Below are positions 40,583 to 49,872 of a stretch of 64,000 bases of DNA, piece by piece. The notes under the pieces are model-generated. The model was given only the letters and a program-made list of their open reading frames with translations, was not told the origin of the DNA and searched no databases. Position numbers and translations under genes: made by a program. The DNA lies in contig OY282446.1 in the NCBI GenBank assembly GCA_958295975.1, forward strand, positions 595,289 to 659,288. Direction: 5' to 3'. Source of the DNA: Tepidiformaceae bacterium. GTDB taxonomy: Bacteria > Chloroflexota > Dehalococcoidia > Tepidiformales > Tepidiformaceae. How positions within the stretch are numbered: position 1 is the first letter of the stretch; every line of letters begins with the position of its first letter.

Positions 40583-41626
40583 ATGATCGCCGTGCTGCAC
40601 GGACTCGACGAACTGCGCCTGCGCCGCCGCCTGCGCGCCATCCGCGGCGACGACGCGGACGTGACGCTGCTCGACGGGCGCGACGCCAAGCCGGAGGACA
40701 TCCTCGCGCCCGCCTTCACCGCGCCCTTCCTCGCCCCGCGCCGCGCCGTCATCGTGGAGGGGCTGCTGGAGCGCTTCGAGTCGGGGCGCGGGAGCGGGCG
40801 CGCGCCCCGCGCCAACGCCTTCGACCCGCTGATCGAGGGGCTGGCCGCGGGCGTCCCCGACACGACCGCGCTGGCGTTCGTGGACGGACCGCTGGGGGCG
40901 CGCAATCCCCTGCTGCGGCGGCTGGAGGAGGCGGGCGCGACCGTCGAGCACTTCCCCGAGCTGAAGCGCGGGGAGCTGGCGGCGTTCGTGCGCGAGGAGG
41001 CGGAGCGCCAGGGCGTGGCCCTGCGGCGGGGACGGTCGGCGCGCCCGCTGCCCGCGGACGAGGAGTGGCGGCGTCCGCGCGAGGACGATCCCGCCCAGCT
41101 GCTGGCCGCGCTCCATCCGAACACGCTCGAGCTGGCGCGCGAACTGGAGAAGCTGGCGCTCTACACGATGGGCCGCGAGGCCACCGTGGACGACGTGGAC
41201 CTGCTCTGCGGGGGCGAGCGCGGGGCCACCATCTGGGAGCTCGTGGACGCGGTGCTGGACGGGGAGACGGCGAAGGCGCTGCAGGCCCTGCGCTTCCTGC
41301 GCTCGCGGGGGGAGACGGTGAACGGCCTGCTGGCGCAGCTGGCGGCGGCCTACCGCCCGCTGGTGACGGTGGGGGAGATGCTGGAGGAGGGCGCGGGCGC
41401 GGAGGAGATCGGCAAGGCCATCCGGCGGCCCTGGCCGCGGCTGCGCGACCAGGCCATCCAGCGCGCGCGGCGGCTGGGGCGCGGGGGCGTGCTGCGCGCC
41501 TACGAGATCCTGGCGGCGGCGGACGGCGGCGTGAAGCGCGGCGAGCTGCGCGACGAGGTGGCGCTGGAGGTGGCCGTCACGCGGCTGCTGGCGCTCGCCC
41601 CGCGCGCGGGCCGCCGGGCGTCTTAA
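40583..41626 (+). CDS. holA: DNA polymerase III delta subunit
   Basis: MIAVLHGLDELRLRRRL...LDGRDAKPEDIL...PFLAPRRAVIVEG... and a C-terminal helical region typical of HolA. Confidence 0.75.
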   Translation: MIAVLHGLDELRLRRRLRAIRGDDADVTLLDGRDAKPEDILAPAFTAPFLAPRRAVIVEGLLERFESGRGSGRAPRANAFDPLIEGLAAGVPDTTALAFVDGPLGARNPLLRRLEEAGATVEHFPELKRGELAAFVREEAERQGVALRRGRSARPLPADEEWRRPREDDPAQLLAALHPNTLELARELEKLALYTMGREATVDDVDLLCGGERGATIWELVDAVLDGETAKALQALRFLRSRGETVNGLLAQLAAAYRPLVTVGEMLEEGAGAEEIGKAIRRPWPRLRDQAIQRARRLGRGGVLRAYEILAAADGGVKRGELRDEVALEVAVTRLLALAPRAGRRAS

Positions 41627-41652
41627 GGGGCGCGGGGTGCCCGGCGGCGGCC

Positions 41653-42288
41653 CTAGCCGCTGGGGCGGATGGAGGTGATGAAGCGGCCCTGCACGCGCAC
41701 GTCCGAGGCATCGGCGTAGATGGGCGGCATGGCCGAGTTGGCGGGCTGCAGGCGCACGCGGTCGCCCTCGCGGTAGAGCCGCTTGAGCGTGACCTCGCCG
41801 CGGTCCTCCAGCCACACGGCCACCTTCTCGCCGTCGGCGGCGGTGGCGGCGGGTTCGAGGAAGACGATGTCGCCGTCGGCGATGAGGTCCTCGATCATGG
41901 ATTCGCCCTTCACGCGCAGGGCGAAGACGTTGCGGCGGCCGCGCAGCATCTCCTCGGTGACGGTGACGGTGTCCTCGACGTCGGCCTGCCAGCGCTCGCT
42001 GGCGGGGACGGGGATGGGCTGGCCGGCGGCGATGGCGCCGAGCACGGGCACGTCCACGGTGCGCGCGCGACGGCGGCCCTCCAGCAGCTCGATGCCGCGC
42101 GAGACCTCGCGGTCGCGCCGCAGCACCCCCTTCTCCTCCAGCCGCCGCAGGTTGTAATCCACCACGGACGTGCTGCTGATGCCGCAGCCGCGCTGGATGT
42201 CGCGGATGGACGGCGGGTAGTCCTTCTCGTCGAGGAAGTCGCGGATGTACTCGAAGATGCTGCTCTGACGGGCGGAAAGTTCACTCAT
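41653..42288 (-). CDS. lexA: LexA repressor
   Basis: MSELSARQSSIFEYIRDFLDEKDYPPSIRDIQ... is a winged HTH, followed by an S24 peptidase C-terminus (ALRVKGESM...). GGAGGA lies 6 nt upstream of ATG 42286-42288. Confidence 0.9.
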   Translation of the reverse strand: MSELSARQSSIFEYIRDFLDEKDYPPSIRDIQRGCGISSTSVVDYNLRRLEEKGVLRRDREVSRGIELLEGRRRARTVDVPVLGAIAAGQPIPVPASERWQADVEDTVTVTEEMLRGRRNVFALRVKGESMIEDLIADGDIVFLEPAATAADGEKVAVWLEDRGEVTLKRLYREGDRVRLQPANSAMPPIYADASDVRVQGRFITSIRPSG

Positions 42289-42300
42289 TTCATCCTCCGC

Positions 42301-42314
42301 GAAACGCATGTTCC
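42301..42314. promoter_or_regulatory. candidate LexA box in the lexA 5' UTR
   Basis: On the lexA strand the sequence is GGAACATGCGTTTC. This is GAAC-N4-GTTT, one mismatch from GAAC-N4-GTTC. It lies 12-25 nt upstream of the preferred ATG. Confidence 0.5.
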
Positions 42315-42404
42315 GCCATTGAACACCGTCGAATCCTTAACGTCAAAGCCCGTTCCGCACGAACGGCGGTTGCGGTCCCGCGCGCGCCGTGTCTGGATGG
42401 ACGC

Positions 42405-44042
42405 ATGGACGCGCGCGCGCGCATCGAGGCGCTCGCCGCCGACGCCGGTTTCGACCGCGTGCGCTTCGCGGGCGCGGAGACGCTGGAGGAGGCGCGCACG
42501 GCGGCGCGCGCGGCCCGGGAGGAGGGACGGCTGGCGGACCTGCGCTGGATGACGGACGGCTGGATCGACCGCGCCGCCGACCCCGATGCGTTCCTGGCGG
42601 GGGCGCGCACGGTGGCCCTCTTCGCGGTGGCCGCGCACGCCCCCGACCCGGCCCGTCCCGACGGACGGGCGCGGGGACGCATCGCCCGCTACGCGCGCGG
42701 GCGCGACTACCACCGCCTGTTCGAGCCGGGGCTGCGGCGCATCGCGCGCGCCATCCGCGAGGAGCTGGGCGGGGAGGCGCGGGCCACGGTGGACTACGGG
42801 CCGCTGCTGGAACGCCCCCTGGCGGCGCGCGCGGGGCTGGGCTGGCTGGGCAAATCGACCATGCTGCTGGCCCCGGGCCTCGGCCCCTGGGCGCTGCTGG
42901 GGGCGGTGGCGACGACGCTGGAAATCGCGCCCGACGCGCCCCTTCGCAAGAGCTGCGGCTCGTGCACGCGCTGCATCGTGGCCTGCCCCACGGGGGCCAT
43001 CGCGCCCGACGGCGGGGAGCTCGACGCGCGCCTCTGCATCAGCTACCACACGATCGAGAGCCGCGCGCCCATCCCGCGGACCCTGCGCCCGAAGTTCGGC
43101 GACTGGATCTTCGGCTGCGACGACTGCCTCAATTCCTGCCCCGTGGGGGCGCGCGGCGGGGCGGGCCATCCCGACCTCGCGCCCGCCTCGGCGGACGACG
43201 CCTTCCCCCCGCTGGCGGAGCTGCTGGCGCTGGACGAGGCCGCCTTCCGCGCGCGCTTCCGCGGACGCGCCATCCGGCGGGCCACGCGCGACGGCTTCCT
43301 GCGCAACGTCTGCGTGGCGCTCGGCAATGTGGGCGCGCCGGAGGACGCGGACGCGCTGGAGAGGGCGCTGGCCGACGGCGCGGCGCTCGTGCGCGGGCAC
43401 GCGGCCTGGGCGCTCGGCGAGATCGCGCGGCGGCACGGGATCGGCGCGCGCGCGGCGGCGGCGCTCGGGGCGCGGCTGGCGGTGGAGCCGGACGACTGGG
43501 CGCGCGAGGAGCTGGCGGCGGCGCTGGCGGTCGCCTCCGCGGCGGGCGGGACCGCGCCCGCGCCGCCGGTCACGCCCGCGTCCGCCGTCACGCTGCGGGA
43601 GATCACGCAGGAGAACCTCGAGGCCGTCCTCGCGCTCTCCGTGCGCGACTCGCAGCGGGGGTTCGTGGCGACGAACGAGCGCTCGCTCGCGCAGGCGCAC
43701 TTCGAGGAAGCCGCCTGGTTCCGGGCGGTCTACGCGGACGGGGCGCCGGTCGGGTTCGTCATGCTCCACGACGAGAGCCTGCGCGCGGCGCCGCGCGAAC
43801 GCGGCTACCTCGTCCTCTGGCGCATGATGATCGACGCGCGCTTCCAGGGCATGGGCTTCGGCCGCCGCGCCATCGCGCTGCTGATCGCGCACGCGCGCAC
43901 GCGGCCCCACGTGACGCGGCTGCGGACGAGCTGGCGGCGGGGGGAAGGCAGCGCCGAGGGCTTCTACCGCAAGCTCGGATTCACGGTCACGGGAATCGAC
44001 GACGGTGGCGAGGTGTGGGCGCAACTCGACCTGCGCGGCTAG
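42405..44042 (+). CDS. queG: epoxyqueuosine reductase QueG fused to a C-terminal GNAT acetyltransferase domain
   Basis: QueG blocks are RIARYARGRDYH, GLGWLGKSTMLL, CGSCTRCIVACPTGAI and FGCDDCLNSCP, plus a HEAT-like region. After an Ala/Pro linker comes a GNAT domain (from ~43587: ...LWRMMIDARFQGMGFGRRAI...GFYRKLGF). There is no stop between the two parts. Confidence 0.85.
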   Translation: MDARARIEALAADAGFDRVRFAGAETLEEARTAARAAREEGRLADLRWMTDGWIDRAADPDAFLAGARTVALFAVAAHAPDPARPDGRARGRIARYARGRDYHRLFEPGLRRIARAIREELGGEARATVDYGPLLERPLAARAGLGWLGKSTMLLAPGLGPWALLGAVATTLEIAPDAPLRKSCGSCTRCIVACPTGAIAPDGGELDARLCISYHTIESRAPIPRTLRPKFGDWIFGCDDCLNSCPVGARGGAGHPDLAPASADDAFPPLAELLALDEAAFRARFRGRAIRRATRDGFLRNVCVALGNVGAPEDADALERALADGAALVRGHAAWALGEIARRHGIGARAAAALGARLAVEPDDWAREELAAALAVASAAGGTAPAPPVTPASAVTLREITQENLEAVLALSVRDSQRGFVATNERSLAQAHFEEAAWFRAVYADGAPVGFVMLHDESLRAAPRERGYLVLWRMMIDARFQGMGFGRRAIALLIAHARTRPHVTRLRTSWRRGEGSAEGFYRKLGFTVTGIDDGGEVWAQLDLRG

Positions 44043-44248
44043 AGGCGCAGGCCCAGCAGCTCGCGCGTGAGCGTTCCCCCCGCACCCACCTTCACCACCA
44101 CCCAGGTGAGGCGCAGCTTGACGGGGCCATCGTCCGTCTCCAGCCACACCTCGTCGCCCTTCTCCCAGCGGTAGTCGGAGTCGATGGTGAGGTAGTGGCG
44201 GCCCTTGCCGCCGGAGAATTCGTCGGCCTCGAAGAAGCTGGTCTCCAT
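44039..44248 (-). CDS. small hypothetical protein
   Basis: 69 codons with strong GC3 bias, directly downstream of tgt on the same strand. Confidence 0.5.
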   Translation of the reverse strand: METSFFEADEFSGGKGRHYLTIDSDYRWEKGDEVWLETDDGPVKLRLTWVVVKVGAGGTLTRELLGLRL

Positions 44249-44258
44249 GCGCGCCAGT

Positions 44259-45437
44259 CTACGGGGCTGACGCCTTCGCGGAGCGGCGGGCGCGCTGGTC
44301 GGCGCGGACGGCCTCGTCGACGGGCCGGTAGCGGGCGAGGAAGTCCGACGCGAAGGCGTCGAAGGTTCCGGCCAGGATGGCGCTTCTCATGCGCTCGCAG
44401 AGGCGCAGCAGGTAGCGCAGGTTGTGGATGCTGGCGAGCCGGTAGCCCAGCAGCTCGCGGTTGCGGAAGAGGTGGTGGACGTAGGCGGCGGAGTGGTCCG
44501 CGCACATGGCGCAGTCGCAGCCCGCGACGAAGGGGCCGTCGCGTTCGCGGTGGCGCGCGGCGCGGATGTTGACGCGGCCATCGTCGCTGAAGAGCGCGCC
44601 CGTGCGCCCCAGGCGGGTGGGCAGCACGCAGTCGAAGAGGTCGGCGCCGCGGGCGACGGCGTGGACGAGGTCCTCGGGGCTGCCCACGCCCATGAGGTAG
44701 CGCGGGCGATCGGCGGGGAGTTCGGCGCAGGCGGCGGCGAGGGCGGCGTGCATCTCGGCCTTGCGCTCGCCCACGGAGAGGCCGCCGATGGCGTAGCCGG
44801 GCGCGTCGAGGGCGGCGAGGGCGCGGGCGTGGCGGCGGCGCAGGTCCTCGTCCGTGCCGCCCTGCGCGATGGCGAAGAGGGCGGGCGCGTCCGCATCCCC
44901 GCCGAGGGCCGCGCGCGAGCGCTCGTACCAGCGCAGGGTGCGTTCGGCGGCGTCGCGCTGGTCCGCCGCGGAGGCGTCGGCGGGCTGGACGTGGTCGAGC
45001 GGCATGGCCACGTCCACGCCGAGCGCGCGCTGCGCCGCGATCGCCAGCTCGGGCGTCCAGGCGTGTTCGGAGCCGTCGAGGTGGGAGCGGAAGCGCACGC
45101 CCGCGTCGTCCACGCGCACGAGGCGGGCGAGGCTGAACACCTGGAAGCCGCCGCTGTCGGAGAGGACGGGGCCGTTCCAGCGCATGAAGCGGTGGACGCC
45201 GCCGAGGGTCTCGATGAGCCGGTGGCCGGGGCGCAGGGAGAGGTGCCAGGCGTTGACGAGGACGATGCGGGCCCCGGCGGCGGCCACCTCGGCGGGCGTG
45301 AGCGCCTTCACGGCGGCGAGCGTGCCCACGGGCATGAAGGCGGGCGTGGGCACGGCCCCGCGGGCGGTGACGAGGACGCCCGCGCGCGGGGCGACGGGGC
45401 CCGCGCCGCCGCCTTCGAGCCGGAAGGCGACGGACAC
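44259..45437 (-). CDS. tgt: queuine tRNA-ribosyltransferase (tRNA-guanine transglycosylase)
   Basis: TPAFMPVGTLAAVKALTP, LSDSGGFQVFSL and GGLSVGE, plus a zinc site (CDCAMC...H). Confidence 0.9.
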   Translation of the reverse strand: MSVAFRLEGGGAGPVAPRAGVLVTARGAVPTPAFMPVGTLAAVKALTPAEVAAAGARIVLVNAWHLSLRPGHRLIETLGGVHRFMRWNGPVLSDSGGFQVFSLARLVRVDDAGVRFRSHLDGSEHAWTPELAIAAQRALGVDVAMPLDHVQPADASAADQRDAAERTLRWYERSRAALGGDADAPALFAIAQGGTDEDLRRRHARALAALDAPGYAIGGLSVGERKAEMHAALAAACAELPADRPRYLMGVGSPEDLVHAVARGADLFDCVLPTRLGRTGALFSDDGRVNIRAARHRERDGPFVAGCDCAMCADHSAAYVHHLFRNRELLGYRLASIHNLRYLLRLCERMRSAILAGTFDAFASDFLARYRPVDEAVRADQRARRSAKASAP

Positions 45438-45439
45438 GC

Positions 45440-47062
45440 TCAGGCGAGCACGGCGTCGAGGGCGGCGGCGACCGCTTCGTCGGGCACGTCGCGGTGGACG
45501 GCGGCGTGGCCGATGCGGTCGAGCAGCACCCAGGAGACGGCGCCGTCGCGCACCTTCTTGTCGCCGCGCATGGCCTCGCGCACGGCCCCGCGGTCCACGC
45601 CGTCGGCGCGTTCGGGCAGGCCGCAGGCGCGCAGCAGCTCCTGCTGGCGGGCGAGGGCGTCCGGGGCGAGCAGGCCGCGCTCGCGGGCGATGAGCGCGGC
45701 GGCGCGCATGCCGATGGCCACCGCCTCGCCGTGGAGGCAGGCGCCGAAGCCGGCGGCGGCCTCGATGGCGTGGCCGACGGTGTGGCCGTAGTTGAGGAGC
45801 GTGCGCGCGCCCGCCTCGCGCTCGTCGCCGGAGACGACGCGGGCCTTGATGGCGACGCTGCGGGCGATGAGGTCGCCGCTGGCCAGGGCGGCGGGATCGC
45901 CCGCGCGCGCCTCCAGCAGCGCCACCAGCTCCTCGTCGAGGATGAGGCCGTGCTTGACCAGCTCGGCCAGCCCCGCGCGCAGGTGACGGGGCGGGAGCGT
46001 GGCCAGCAGGGCCGGGTCGATGACGACGAGGCGCGGCTGCGCGAAGGCCCCCACGAGGTTCTTGCCGAGGGCGTGATCGACGCCCGTCTTGCCCCCGATG
46101 GCGGCGTCCACCATGCCGAGCAGGCTGGTGGGGACGTGCGCGAAGGGGACGCCGCGCAGCACGGTGGCGGCGGCGAACCCGCCCAGGTCGGTGACGACGC
46201 CGCCGCCGAGGCAGACGACGAAGTCGCCGCGCTCGACGCGCTCGCCGAGGAGCCAGTCCCAGACGGCGGAGACGGTGGCCAGCGTCTTGTGCTCCTCGCC
46301 CGCGGGGATGGCCAGGTCCAGCGCGCGGAAGCCCGCCGCGCGCAGCGAGTCGAGGGCGCGCGCGGCGAAGCGGGGGCCGGTTCCGGCGTCGGCGAGGAGG
46401 AAGGCGCGGCCCGACAGCCCCGCCCCGGCGCAGAGCGCGCCGAGGCCGTCGAGCGCGCCCTCGCGCACGACGATGGGGTAGCGCCCGCCGGGAGCGCGCA
46501 CGACGGCGGCCACGTCGGGCAGTTCCGCGGCGGCGGGCGCTACCGGATGCGACTCGCCCCAGAGACGCAGGACCTCATCGCACGCCTCCCCGGGCGTGAG
46601 GCCGTCCACGTCGATGGAGGCGTCGGCGCGCGCGTAGGCGGCGCGGCGGGCGCGGAGCAGCGCCTCCAGCCGTTCGGCGGGGTCGCCGCCGTCGAGCAGG
46701 GGGCGCGGTTCGCCGCTTGCCCCACGGGCCAGGCGGGCGGCGGCGGCGGCGGGGCTGACGGCGAGCCAGACGCTGAAGCCGCCGGCGAGGGCGCGCCGTC
46801 CGGCGGCGTGGACGGGCGCGCCGCCGCCGGTGGCGACCACGGCGCGATCGGCGCGGGCGGCGCGGGCCAGCGCCTCCGCCTCGAGCGCACGAAAGGCGGC
46901 CTCGCCCTGCTCGCGGAAGATGGCGGCCACGGAGCGCCCGGCGGCCTCCTCCACGAGCGCGTCGGTGTCGAGGAACTCCCAGCCGAGGCGGTCGGCGAGG
47001 AGCCGTCCGACGGTCGACTTGCCAGCGCCGGAGAGGCCGGTGAGGAAGATGCGGGCGGGCAT
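45440..47062 (-). CDS. aroB: bifunctional shikimate kinase / 3-dehydroquinate synthase (AroK-AroB fusion)
   Basis: The N-terminus IFLTGLSGAGKSTVGRLLADRLGWEFLDTD is AroK. The C-terminus LGGGVVTDLGGFAAATVLRGVPFAHVPTSLLGMVDAAIGGKTGVDH is AroB. Both lie in a single 540-aa ORF. Confidence 0.9.
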   Translation of the reverse strand: MPARIFLTGLSGAGKSTVGRLLADRLGWEFLDTDALVEEAAGRSVAAIFREQGEAAFRALEAEALARAARADRAVVATGGGAPVHAAGRRALAGGFSVWLAVSPAAAAARLARGASGEPRPLLDGGDPAERLEALLRARRAAYARADASIDVDGLTPGEACDEVLRLWGESHPVAPAAAELPDVAAVVRAPGGRYPIVVREGALDGLGALCAGAGLSGRAFLLADAGTGPRFAARALDSLRAAGFRALDLAIPAGEEHKTLATVSAVWDWLLGERVERGDFVVCLGGGVVTDLGGFAAATVLRGVPFAHVPTSLLGMVDAAIGGKTGVDHALGKNLVGAFAQPRLVVIDPALLATLPPRHLRAGLAELVKHGLILDEELVALLEARAGDPAALASGDLIARSVAIKARVVSGDEREAGARTLLNYGHTVGHAIEAAAGFGACLHGEAVAIGMRAAALIARERGLLAPDALARQQELLRACGLPERADGVDRGAVREAMRGDKKVRDGAVSWVLLDRIGHAAVHRDVPDEAVAAALDAVLA

Positions 47063-47071
47063 GGCGGCCCG

Positions 47072-48242
<1,171 letters not shown>

Positions 48243-48250
<8 letters not shown>

Positions 48251-48271
48251 GATGCGCGCTCCTCCGCGCCC
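48243..48271. repeat. 29-bp direct repeat, left copy (contains the aroC RBS and GTG)
   Basis: CCCGTCACGATGCGCGCTCCTCCGCGCCC is identical to 49844-49872. The bases flanking each copy differ. Confidence 0.9.
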
Positions 48272-48352
48272 CATGCTACGCCAGCCGCGCGTTACGGCGC
48301 GGGCCAGAACCAGCGTTCGCGCATTGCGGGCGTGGATGCTATCCTGAGCGTG

Positions 48353-49180
48353 ATGCCCGAACCGCGCTCGATCTACCCGAAGCACTTCTCCCAGGGCCCG
48401 CCCGTGCCCCGCAGGAGGACGGGCTTCATCCTGATGCCGTTCAAAGGTGAGTTCGAGCCTGTCCACGAAGCCATCAAGGCGGCAATCGAGGATGCCAATC
48501 TTGAGCCGTTGCGGGCTGACGATGTCTTCAGCACGCAGGCGGGGATGGAGAAGATTCTGCGGGGAATCGCCGAGGCGGAGGTCGTCGTGGCCGACATGTC
48601 GGAGAGAAACGCGAACGTCTTCTACGAGGCGGGCATCGCCCACATGGCAAAGGAGAACGTTGTTCTTCTGACTCGGGACCGTAAAGACTTCCCGTTCGAC
48701 CTCCAGCACATCGACCACATCATCTACGAGCCGAGCGAGAAGGGCCTTCGGGAGCTTACGGAGCGGCTCGGCCAAGTTATCCGCAACCTTCCTCCCGAAC
48801 CAGCATTCGAGCTACGCAGCGCCAGCATCGCTGATCTATCCCCAGTACAAATTAAGCGTGAAATGCGTCGACTGCTCCATTCCTGCAAGCAGCAATGGTT
48901 GGATGACGTTATTCCTGCCCAAATCTCAGTGTTTGAAAAGGATTTTGAAGAGCGTATATTTCGTCACCAGTCGGATGTGGAGCAAGCGAAAGTGATCGAA
49001 GAGTCGATTCGTGTCATTCAGCCTGCTTTTTTGCGATCATGGCGGCCCATCGAAGAGATTGGATTCTCCATTATTGACCGCACGCATAGCGACATTTATC
49101 CCGGATTGATAGATGCTATAGAGCGTGCTTATTCTATCTCAATTATTCCCGGAAATCTTGATTGGATTAGTAGTTACTGA
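48353..49180 (+). CDS. nucleoside 2-deoxyribosyltransferase/TIR-like domain protein (N-terminal part of a TGA-interrupted frame)
   Basis: FILMPFKGEFEPVHEAIKAAI...VVVADMSERNANVFYEAGIAHMAKENVVLLT...FPFDLQH resembles the Rossmann-like NDT/TIR-like fold signature (D..g.n.NV.fE.G.A...gk.vi). Start is ATG 48353, or GTG 48350. It ends at TGA 49178-49180. Confidence 0.65.
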   Translation: MPEPRSIYPKHFSQGPPVPRRRTGFILMPFKGEFEPVHEAIKAAIEDANLEPLRADDVFSTQAGMEKILRGIAEAEVVVADMSERNANVFYEAGIAHMAKENVVLLTRDRKDFPFDLQHIDHIIYEPSEKGLRELTERLGQVIRNLPPEPAFELRSASIADLSPVQIKREMRRLLHSCKQQWLDDVIPAQISVFEKDFEERIFRHQSDVEQAKVIEESIRVIQPAFLRSWRPIEEIGFSIIDRTHSDIYPGLIDAIERAYSISIIPGNLDWISSY

Positions 49181-49186
49181 CCTCTC

Positions 49187-49750
49187 TTGGCACTCCGAAC
49201 ATGGATAGTCTGGGGGGCATATGCACTGGATTCCGAAAATTGGGAAATCGTCGAGACATTACTCCACAGCGAGATTGATTTTGGATATAACCAAAAGAGT
49301 TCGTTCTCCGAGTTCCGGTCGGCATTTTATCCACAGGCTTCAGGTAGAAATATTAAGCTAGCGATAGACTCTGTCTATCAGCAAGGAGAACAGTTGGCCA
49401 ATTCTCACTTTGGAGACACTGAGGCAATGAATGGTTTTATTAGTTTTTGGCTATTTTCTACTGATATTATGGCAGATGCCTCGGATTCTTGGATGCTCGG
49501 TGCGTGGTTCCGTTCTCCTGTAGGACAATTTGAAAAACTTGCTTCTCGTCTTGAACATGATTCTGAATACGCACGGAATTTTACTCAAGCCGTGACCCGT
49601 ACCAGCCCGGCATCGCTAAATCAGCGCTGGCAGGGTGGCAATCCCCTTAATCTTGGCAACCTCCGTAACCGCCTTTTGGATCGTGGGCGGTTGGGATCGA
49701 GAACATCGGCTTGGGATCTTCCCCAAATCCCTCAGCGCTTCGCGGAATAG
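49187..49750 (+). CDS. hypothetical protein in the same frame as 48353..49180 (possible C-terminal continuation)
   Basis: Only a TTG start is available (49187), with no RBS. It lies 6 nt after the TGA and in the same reading frame (frame 2). It appears alpha-helical and I recognised no family. Confidence 0.45.
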   Translation: MALRTWIVWGAYALDSENWEIVETLLHSEIDFGYNQKSSFSEFRSAFYPQASGRNIKLAIDSVYQQGEQLANSHFGDTEAMNGFISFWLFSTDIMADASDSWMLGAWFRSPVGQFEKLASRLEHDSEYARNFTQAVTRTSPASLNQRWQGGNPLNLGNLRNRLLDRGRLGSRTSAWDLPQIPQRFAE

Positions 49751-49843
49751 CGAGCGCTTGATCGCGCGCCGCATGACGGCCACGAGCGCGGCGATGATCC
49801 ATTCCTGGACGAGTACACAGTGATTCTCTCCTTGCGGGCCATG

Positions 49844-49872
49844 CCCGTCACGATGCGCGCTCCTCCGCGCCC
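49844..49872. repeat. 29-bp direct repeat, right copy (contains the 3' end and TGA of 49848..50504)
   Basis: Identical to 48243-48271. On the minus strand it reads ...GCG GAG GAG CGC GCA TCG TGA, the last codons of the upstream hypothetical gene, with an overlapping GTG. Confidence 0.9.

Larger units (their letters stand above)
48272..49843. mobile_element. putative integrated AT-rich islet (no recombinase gene present)
   Basis: 1572 bp lie between the perfect 29-bp direct repeats. The interior hand-counts at ~43-47% G+C. Its genes are on the strand opposite to the surrounding operon. The insertion point is exactly the stop/start junction of two coupled genes. Confidence 0.55.

Noticed and set aside
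49616-49780. A small minus-strand ORF antisense to the 3' end of the second islet ORF (...VAVMRRAIKRSLFREALRDLGKIPSRCSRSQPPTIQKAVTEVAKIKGIATLPALI), which I considered as a possible antitoxin-like partner.
   Set aside because: It has no RBS and no recognisable fold or motif. Its start is ambiguous. The plus-strand frame is equally or more plausible as coding. I kept only the observation about the decoy ORF.
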